The position numbers and the translations under genes are program-made. Positions 56,357 to 63,573 of a stretch of 63,573 nucleotides of DNA are shown piece after piece. Origin of the DNA: Candidatus Woesearchaeota archaeon (GTDB taxonomy: Archaea > Nanobdellota > Nanobdellia > Woesearchaeales > GW2011-AR4); NCBI GenBank assembly GCA_016184145.1, contig JACPDF010000024.1, positions 1-63,573 on the forward strand, written 5' to 3'. Numbering within the stretch: position 1 is the first letter of the stretch; each line of letters begins with the position of its first letter. The notes beneath the pieces are model-generated. The model did no database searches and had not been told where the DNA came from. It saw only the letters and a program-made list of their open reading frames with translations.

Positions 56357-57637
56357 TTATTGTTTTTTGCCTATTGCCTTGATGCCGTTCATATAAGGCA
56401 CTAAAACAGCAGGGACTTTAATGCTGCCGTCTTTCTGCTGGTAATTTTCAAGTATAGCCCTCAAGGCCCTTGAGGTGGCAATTGCTGTGCTGTTTAGGGT
56501 ATGCACATACTCCTTCTCGCTGCCTTTCTGGTATTTTATATTGAGCCTTGCTGCCTGATAGGCAGTGCAGTTGGAGCAGGAAACCACTTCCTTATAGGCT
56601 TTCTCCCTTGGCATGTAAGCCTCCAAATCATATTTTTTTGCCGCTACAATTCCAATGTCGCCGGTGCAGACGCTCACTATGCGATAAGGCAGCTTTAATT
56701 TCTGGAAAATTTCTTCTGCATTTTTAATAAGCTCTTCATGCATCTTCCAGCTTTCTTCCGGCTTGCAGAAAACGAATTGCTCAACTTTGTTGAATTGATG
56801 CACTCTGAACAAACCTTTCTCATCAACGCCATGGCTTCCAATTTCCTTCCTGAAGCAAGGGCTTACACCGACATATTTCCTTGGAAGTTCTTCCTCATTG
56901 AACACGCGGTTGGAACATAATACTGCGATTGCATGCTCGGATGTTGCTATTAAGTATAAATCCTCATTCTCTATTTTGTACATCATTGTTTCAAAGTCCT
57001 TTAAGTCTGTAACACCTTCATAGGGCTTCCTTCTCAACATTAAAGGCACTTGTGTAAGGACAAAGCCTTTTTTCATCAGCATATCAACAGTAAATCTCTG
57101 CAATGCCAACTCCATTAATGCCAATTCGTTGAATAGATAATAAAAGCCCCTTCCGGAAACTTTTGCTGCCTTGTCAAAGTCCCCTAAACCAAGGCTTTCA
57201 ATAAGGCTGCCATGGTCTTTTAATTCAATGCCTGGTTTTCTTATTTCGCCCCATTTTTTCACAGTCTTGTTGTCGGTATCATCTTTTCCTATTGGAACAG
57301 AATCATGCAGAATATTTGGTATGCGCATCAAGTAATTGCTGATTTCCAACCTTAACTCATCAACTTTAGAAGTAATCTCTTTTACTTTTTCAGGCAACTC
57401 GCTGGCTTCCTTTACTTTTGCCTTTATGTCTTTGCCTTGCTTCTTTAATTCATTTATTTCCTGCGTAATCAGGTTTCTCTTATGCCTTAGTTCCTGCTCT
57501 TTCTGCAGCAAAGCGCGGTATTGCTCATCTTTCTTGATAAGAGCGTCTATCCACTTTAATTTTTCCTGGTCATTCCTTTTCTTAAGGTCTTTTCTTACAA
57601 TATCGGGATTTTCCCTTATAAACCTTATGTCAAGCAT
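56357..57637 (-). CDS. serS: Serine--tRNA ligase
   Basis: LIATSEH, CFRKE.G, GLFRVHQFNKVEQF, EVVSCSNC, HTLNSTA. Confidence 0.97.
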   Translation of the reverse strand: MLDIRFIRENPDIVRKDLKKRNDQEKLKWIDALIKKDEQYRALLQKEQELRHKRNLITQEINELKKQGKDIKAKVKEASELPEKVKEITSKVDELRLEISNYLMRIPNILHDSVPIGKDDTDNKTVKKWGEIRKPGIELKDHGSLIESLGLGDFDKAAKVSGRGFYYLFNELALMELALQRFTVDMLMKKGFVLTQVPLMLRRKPYEGVTDLKDFETMMYKIENEDLYLIATSEHAIAVLCSNRVFNEEELPRKYVGVSPCFRKEIGSHGVDEKGLFRVHQFNKVEQFVFCKPEESWKMHEELIKNAEEIFQKLKLPYRIVSVCTGDIGIVAAKKYDLEAYMPREKAYKEVVSCSNCTAYQAARLNIKYQKGSEKEYVHTLNSTAIATSRALRAILENYQQKDGSIKVPAVLVPYMNGIKAIGKKQ

Positions 57638-57693
57638 AATAGAAATAAATTTTAATAATGTATAAAAAGGTTTCTGAAAAAATAAAATAAAAT

Positions 57694-59367
57694 TTAAGCT
57701 ACGAGTTTGAGGGATTGTGTGGCTTGCACTGTCGGCTTTATACTGCTACGATAGGCTCTTTCTATGTACTGATTTATCATTCGCACTGCGCTGAATTTAG
57801 GCCCGAATTCTGCAATCACGCCCGGCATATCTTTAGCCATCTTTCCACTATTGAAATCGTCCATTGCCATCCTAAACTGACTTTGAAATTCTGAAGGCGT
57901 TTCAAATGTATAACCATTCTCTCCAAAACGCCCTTCTACCTCGGGCCAAGCTCCCCCGTCTCTGGAAAGGGTCTTATTCCCGTTCATGCCTGCTTTGAAT
58001 GGGCTTGTGCCAGAAGCCTCTTCGCGCGGCTCTGCTGTTACAACCCATAGGTCTGCGCCAACTGTAAGAATTTTTCCATATTCCATGCTATAGCCTGGAA
58101 GGAATGCAAACTTTATACGGCCTTTTTGCGCTAAGCCCAAGCCAAGAATTTCGTGCAGTATGTTATGACTTACACCATCATCTCTATGTACCTTACCTGA
58201 ATAAATTATCTGCACCGGTCCTGGAAGGTTTTGCGCCTCTACTAAAAACTTTAAGAAATGCTGCGGGTTTTTATAAGGTGTTATCCTCTTTGCATATACG
58301 GCAGTGAAAACATCTTCGCTAAAATCAGCCGTCTTTATACCATGTTCGTTTACTAATCCTATCAAGGTTCTCTTATCGGCAGAATGGGCATCTTGCATCA
58401 AAGATGAATCTATGCTTGCGGCATGGGAGAGCAACTCCGGATTCAAACGCCAATTGCCTTGTATGTGCTCATCAAAAAGCCTTTGCATTTTATCTGAAAT
58501 AAACCTCCAATGGACGCCATTAGTGATATAGTCTATTGTCTTGCCTTTAAATTCCGGCATCTCTTTCATGACTTCTGCATGCAATCTTGACACGCCATTG
58601 GTGTATCTGCTTAAATTAGCTGCAAATAAATTAGTATTAAAGCATTCAGCTCCTGCAAGTTTCGAAAGCTCGTCATAACCCGACAATGAATGCCCTATAG
58701 CTCTATAAACATCTTCATATTTAAATTTTGGCATTCCTGCCTCAATTGGGGTATGATTTGTATAAACACATTGCTCCCTTACACTATCAACATTCCAATG
58801 GTTTTGATTCAAAAGCCTTAATGCCACAAAAGATGCTGCACCTTCCTGCATATGATGTAGGCTTATGTCATAACCTAATTTTTCCAGCATTTCTGGGCCG
58901 GCTAAGCCTAAAATTAAATCTTGAGGCAGCTTATGGTTATTATCATACAAAGATGCAGTAAACCATCTGGCCCACTCAGGATTTTCTGGCTCATTTGCAT
59001 CAAGAAGTATACTATCAATGCTCTCTCCTCTTATTGGGCTTATTATACTTTTCTTCCAAGCTCCAACAACTATATCTGTATCATACAACCTAGTTTTTAC
59101 TTTTTCATGAAGCTTTACATATCCTTGCTGTGCTGGATCCCATGTATCAGGATTAGAAACCTGCCAATTGTTTTCTATTCTTTGCTCAAGAAGGCCATTA
59201 CGATAATTTATGCCAACTGCGACTACTTTTGGGGTTGTTTCAAATTGCGCAAGATCTGCATATGCATAGGCTAAACAGCCATTGAGAACTCCAAGACCGC
59301 CATTATACAGCTTAATTCCATCGCTAAAGCCCCATTCCTGGGAGTATATTGCAACTTGCTTTTGCAT
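57694..59367 (-). CDS. glgP: Alpha-glucan phosphorylase (GT35), short and divergent
   Basis: YNGGLGVL, YTNHTP.EAG, NGVSRLH, ITNGVH, EASGTSPFK with the PLP Lys. Confidence 0.82.
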   Translation of the reverse strand: MQKQVAIYSQEWGFSDGIKLYNGGLGVLNGCLAYAYADLAQFETTPKVVAVGINYRNGLLEQRIENNWQVSNPDTWDPAQQGYVKLHEKVKTRLYDTDIVVGAWKKSIISPIRGESIDSILLDANEPENPEWARWFTASLYDNNHKLPQDLILGLAGPEMLEKLGYDISLHHMQEGAASFVALRLLNQNHWNVDSVREQCVYTNHTPIEAGMPKFKYEDVYRAIGHSLSGYDELSKLAGAECFNTNLFAANLSRYTNGVSRLHAEVMKEMPEFKGKTIDYITNGVHWRFISDKMQRLFDEHIQGNWRLNPELLSHAASIDSSLMQDAHSADKRTLIGLVNEHGIKTADFSEDVFTAVYAKRITPYKNPQHFLKFLVEAQNLPGPVQIIYSGKVHRDDGVSHNILHEILGLGLAQKGRIKFAFLPGYSMEYGKILTVGADLWVVTAEPREEASGTSPFKAGMNGNKTLSRDGGAWPEVEGRFGENGYTFETPSEFQSQFRMAMDDFNSGKMAKDMPGVIAEFGPKFSAVRMINQYIERAYRSSIKPTVQATQSLKLVA

Positions 59368-59437
59368 TTGTAGTCTTAGTTTTAATATCTTGAAACTACT
59401 ACTTTATAAATTTTACTTAAATTTGTGCCAAATGGAA

Positions 59438-61300
59438 TCAAACCAAAAGCCTTGCTTTTTCTCCCCTGTTTATTGCGTCAATAATAATCCTGCCAACATT
59501 GTTGTTCTTTTTTACCTTAATTAAACCGGTTTTTCCCGCTTTTGCCGTCATTAAGAACTTGTCATTGAGGTATATATCAACATCTTTATGCTGCATATTT
59601 ATTCCCAAATCAAAAAGAATGCTGTTCTTTTTTATATTCAATTGGTACGGGACTTCCTCCTGTTTTTTTGCTTCTTCGTATTTTCCTTTATTGCCGCTTC
59701 CAAGCTCCTGGACATCAATGCTCATCCCCAAATCTTCCTCTATCTGGCTTATTGTCTTTCCCTGCTTCCCTATGATTTTTGCAATGTCGTTTGCAGGAAC
59801 ATAGACAATGCACTTGTTGTCTGAGAGAACTTCAACTTCAGCGTCCCTGGAAAGCCTTTTGAAATAATCCTCTATGGAGGAGGCTGCGAGCCTATGTATG
59901 CCTTTTTTCTTTCCGGCAGTTTCCTGCACAGGAATGACTACTGTCTGCTCACCGTAGCTGTATATTTCATACAACAGTTTCCCTGTCTCGAAATCATTCA
60001 CAACAACAACGGGCCTTGCAAGGTCAGCTTCCGTCATGCCGCTGGGGACTTTTACTGTCATTTTTAATGAAAGCACTTTGCTAATGAAGCCGTTTTTTAT
60101 GAAAACAACGGTGTCAATAACCTGGGGTATTACCCCCATTTCAATTCTTCCTATGAATCTTTGTATAGCATCTATGGGGTTAGTTGCGTGGACAACGCCA
60201 ACCATTCCCACTCCTGCCAGACGCATATCCGCAAACAATTCAAAATCTTTGGTATTCCTCATCTCATCAAAGATTGTGTAATCGGGCCTCGACAGCAATA
60301 AGATGTCATGTATTTCCTGGGCATCTCCGTGGCTTATTGCGTACTGGGTTATGTTATCTGACAGAATCAAGTCGCGGGGGGCTTCGACCGTTTTTACGAT
60401 TTTTTCTTGTTTTGCATAGAATTCGGACAAAGCTTGTGCGAGAGTACTTTTTCCCATGCCTGGAGCTCCTGCTATGAGGACTCCCTCTGCTTGATCACAG
60501 ATTCTTTTCATAAGTTTTTCCGATAGTTTATAGTCTTCTAAATTTAATTTTCTTACAGGCCTGACTGCAGTTATTTCCCACCCGTCAGAGAAAGGAGGCC
60601 TTGTTATGACAATCCTATAGCGCCCAAGCTGCACAATAGTGCTGCCAAACCTTTCTATTTCGATAAAGCTGTCCCTTCTCAGCTTTGCATCTTCTATAAT
60701 CTCGCGGCTTATTTCCTGGATTTCTTCCTGCGACAGAATTTTTTTCCTTAAAGCCTTAAACTCCCAGTTTCCCGGCATTCCTTTCTTTGCATAAGGCATC
60801 ACGTTTTCCCTTAAATGAACTGACATTGTGATTTCATCGAAGAATTTTTCAAGCTTAAGCTTCTTAAGGCCTTTTTCAGAAGGCTTAAAGTAGATTGCTT
60901 TTATGCCCCTGGCTAATGCAACTTCTGACTGCACTTTGTCTGAGGTAATCAAGGTTGCATCTTCGTCATAAGCCAACTGCCTTATCAAAGCGTCTATTTC
61001 TCCCAAAGAAGCGTGCCTTATTTCAGCTGCCCTTGGCCTTGCGCCCTTAAAAGAAAGCTCAAACTCCTTTTTTGGCCCAAGATGCTTTATTCTTTTGATT
61101 TCATCCAATCCTAAAAAGCCGATCGCTTTGCCTAAATTTGCCTGGTGCTCAAGCTCTGCAAGGACCGCTTCATGGATTATTACCTCTTTAGTCTTGATTT
61201 CGTCTTTGCCCATTTTTTCTGATAACAGGCCCTCTATTATTACAGAAGTATCCGGGACAATTCTTTCCATACCTGCATTTTTTTGGTTTTCATTATCCAT
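59438..61300 (-). CDS. PIN-domain ATPase with KH domain (PINA)
   Basis: VPDTSVII PIN start, GAPGMGKS, RPDYTIFDEMR, KH IIGKQG. Confidence 0.9.
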   Translation of the reverse strand: MDNENQKNAGMERIVPDTSVIIEGLLSEKMGKDEIKTKEVIIHEAVLAELEHQANLGKAIGFLGLDEIKRIKHLGPKKEFELSFKGARPRAAEIRHASLGEIDALIRQLAYDEDATLITSDKVQSEVALARGIKAIYFKPSEKGLKKLKLEKFFDEITMSVHLRENVMPYAKKGMPGNWEFKALRKKILSQEEIQEISREIIEDAKLRRDSFIEIERFGSTIVQLGRYRIVITRPPFSDGWEITAVRPVRKLNLEDYKLSEKLMKRICDQAEGVLIAGAPGMGKSTLAQALSEFYAKQEKIVKTVEAPRDLILSDNITQYAISHGDAQEIHDILLLSRPDYTIFDEMRNTKDFELFADMRLAGVGMVGVVHATNPIDAIQRFIGRIEMGVIPQVIDTVVFIKNGFISKVLSLKMTVKVPSGMTEADLARPVVVVNDFETGKLLYEIYSYGEQTVVIPVQETAGKKKGIHRLAASSIEDYFKRLSRDAEVEVLSDNKCIVYVPANDIAKIIGKQGKTISQIEEDLGMSIDVQELGSGNKGKYEEAKKQEEVPYQLNIKKNSILFDLGINMQHKDVDIYLNDKFLMTAKAGKTGLIKVKKNNNVGRIIIDAINRGEKARLLV

Positions 61301-61567
61301 ACTGATTGTTAATACTAATTTATTTATAAAATTTTGCTTTTTTATTAAATTTCAGTATTGAAAATAATTTATTTTAGATTAGTTTTATTTCTTAATAATA
61401 TTGAAAATAAATGAAGGAAGTAAAATTAGAATTAGACCACAGGTTACAGCACATAATAATTATGTCAATAAAGTCAAAATAGCAATATAAATAATATTTT
61501 AATTTATTATAATATTGAAAATAATTAATTCAAGCATAAATTTATTTATTTACAATAATGAAAAGAT

Positions 61568-63573
61568 TTATTTTTTTCTGAAAACAAACCAAACAATAAT
61601 AAAGAATACTACCAGGCTGCCTATTATAACAAATAGCAATGTTTTCGGCTTTTCAAGGCTTCTTGTTATACTATTGAAAGTCAGCATAAAATTCTGTATA
61701 AGGGTGACATTGGCAAGCTCAACAGCAATGCTTTCATTTGCCTCATAAGGCCTCTCATTTTTATCTTTATACTTAATATTGATGTTAAATTCGTTAACTC
61801 CTTTCCTTAAATCCTTGCCAAGCAAATTTATTATGAATTTCCTGCCCCCAGAAAGCTCCTTTACAACCCATGTTTTTTCAAAATTATCATTTGACAAGGC
61901 AATCTCAACGTTTTGGGGGTTTGATCTGGATTCCTTGTTTAATAAAAAGCTGATCTTAAACTGCTCCCTGTAAGAAACTTCTTTAGGCGCTTCTATTTCA
62001 TTTATTTTTATTTTTGGAGCGTCCAAAACATCAACATCAATGCTATGAGCTTTGGATACATCCGCATTTTTTAGGCTCAAAACAAGCTGCTGCTTTTCTT
62101 CTTTTAGATTTTCTGCTGAGAAGTTAACTGATTTTTGCTGTGATATGCCCAAATCAAATTTCCTGCATTCATTTGCCAGGCAGAAATCCAGATTTTTCAG
62201 GAAGATATTTCCGATATTTTTTACATTGCAATGGACCAAAGCGGTTTCATAGGAATAAAACTCGCTTTTGTCTATGCTGCAGTCAATGTTAACCTCTTTT
62301 GAATATATTTTTTGCTCCTCTTCCTGCTTTTGCTTTAAAATATTGTTTACTTCGTCTAAGGAAAGAACTATGTCATTTTTTGCTGACTTAAATTCAACGC
62401 TTTTTGTAAAGTTCCTTAACACGGTTATTGATATAGGAAAGGTGTAGATGTAATTCCTTTCAAGATCAGAAGGCAGCTTAACAATCCAGAATACGCTCTT
62501 CTTTTCTTTTGGCTTTAACAGGATGTTTTTGACAAAGTTTTCTTCCAAAGAAATTTCTTTTGGCTTTGATATATAGATCTCTGATGAAATGTAATAATCT
62601 TCTGAATTTTCCAAAGAAACTTCTATCAGGTTATATGAGCCGAAGCCTATATTTTCCTTTAAAACGCTAACGTCTAAACTAATGGGCTGCTCTGCTCTTC
62701 CTATCTTTTCTTCAACATCAGCTTTTATGTCCAGCTCTTTTGTCTCTAAATCAACTTTTCTTGAGAGCCACTTGTACTGGACAGAAGGCTCTGCGCTGTC
62801 TATGGATTCTTTCAGCTTTATATGCGTAGGGTCTATGTAGCCAAACTGGCCGTATGTTACATCGTAAGGAACCCAGCCATAGCCTGGAAAATAAACCTCT
62901 GCCCACCCATGAGAACCCCAGTTTTCCGGAAATAGAGGGCTGTTGGTATATGCTACACCAGAAACGAATCTTGCCGGAATGCCGACAGATCTCAGCATTG
63001 CAATAAATAAAGAGGTTAGCTCATCGCATACGCCCTGCTTTTGCTCAAGAACCCATGATGCTTTTTGGCTTACATCTGCTGTGAGTGTGCTCAAGTTGTA
63101 ATTGATATTGTTCTTTGTCCATTCAGCAAACTTATCCACAACAACATACAAATCATCCTGCCCTTCAGCAAGTTTTGATGCTAATTCTATTATGTCCTGG
63201 TTATTCGAGTCTATTACCTCCTGGGGCTGGGTAAATTGCTTTAGTTCTTCAGGAAGCTCAGCTAGGGGGAAGGGTATTTTTTTTGTCAGCTTTATGATGT
63301 TGCTGCTTGTCCTTATTTTTGCGCTGTAGCCAAAGCTTATTTCGTTTTTAGGATTCTGCCATTCAAAAAGCAAAGCGTTGTTTTCTATTTTTGCCTCAGG
63401 ATAAAAGTCAAATGCCATAACTTTCTGATTGAAGCTTTCATAAGGATAATGGGAAAGGTTTACTTTTATGTAATCCACGCTATAATCTGCGGCTTTTGGC
63501 CTTATATCGGCCCCAGAGGAAACGTCTATGCCTATTATTAAATTCTGGCTGTTGTAGAACCAGTCGTCCTGAG
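61568..63573 (-). CDS. Transglutaminase-like domain membrane protein (5' end beyond the window)
   Basis: GVCDE, GIPARFVSG, HGWAEVY, WVPYD triad; C-terminal TM; frame stays open to the right edge. Confidence 0.88.
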   Translation of the reverse strand, partial: QDDWFYNSQNLIIGIDVSSGADIRPKAADYSVDYIKVNLSHYPYESFNQKVMAFDFYPEAKIENNALLFEWQNPKNEISFGYSAKIRTSSNIIKLTKKIPFPLAELPEELKQFTQPQEVIDSNNQDIIELASKLAEGQDDLYVVVDKFAEWTKNNINYNLSTLTADVSQKASWVLEQKQGVCDELTSLFIAMLRSVGIPARFVSGVAYTNSPLFPENWGSHGWAEVYFPGYGWVPYDVTYGQFGYIDPTHIKLKESIDSAEPSVQYKWLSRKVDLETKELDIKADVEEKIGRAEQPISLDVSVLKENIGFGSYNLIEVSLENSEDYYISSEIYISKPKEISLEENFVKNILLKPKEKKSVFWIVKLPSDLERNYIYTFPISITVLRNFTKSVEFKSAKNDIVLSLDEVNNILKQKQEEEQKIYSKEVNIDCSIDKSEFYSYETALVHCNVKNIGNIFLKNLDFCLANECRKFDLGISQQKSVNFSAENLKEEKQQLVLSLKNADVSKAHSIDVDVLDAPKIKINEIEAPKEVSYREQFKISFLLNKESRSNPQNVEIALSNDNFEKTWVVKELSGGRKFIINLLGKDLRKGVNEFNINIKYKDKNERPYEANESIAVELANVTLIQNFMLTFNSITRSLEKPKTLLFVIIGSLVVFFIIVWFVFRKK

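Noticed and set aside
61356-61524. Three TATTGAAAATAA copies resembling CRISPR repeat ends
   Set aside because: Only 12 bp, irregular spacing (43 and 114 bp), very AT-rich context and no cas genes.

Overview
Window from an AT-rich archaeal chromosome, most likely a DPANN archaeon of the Woesearchaeota type. This is inferred from TATA-box promoters, mostly leaderless genes, L7Ae/S28e/L24e, aEF-2, AglB, Cdc6, NreA, PINA ATPase and RtcB/archease. It is mostly housekeeping: XPD and Hel308 helicases, SMC, AlaRS, SerRS, two class II ribonucleotide reductases with CobO, base-excision repair genes and a DtxR-regulated metal operon. Four intron-containing tRNAs and one ribosomal protein gene (L24e) are not in the ORF track. 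The most unusual features are: (1) a second NrdJ paralogue that keeps the radical Cys but has lost the resolving Cys and C-terminal redox tail, ending instead in a PCNA-interacting (PIP)-like motif, directly behind a cobO that also has a PIP-like insert; (2) a 25-codon Leu-rich leader peptide plus hairpin ahead of a leuA-like gene, i.e. a bacterial-style attenuator layout in an archaeon; (3) a RelE-type toxin-antitoxin pair bounded by integron attC-like sites and long inverted repeats; (4) a circularly permuted GGDEF/mCpol-like protein; (5) a tRNA-Gly with three non-canonical insertions; (6) a Hel308 lacking its ATPase domain; (7) tandem NrdR boxes; and (8) a set of nested palindromic repeats including a MITE with target-site duplication. 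All calls come from reading the sequence by eye; no searches were run.
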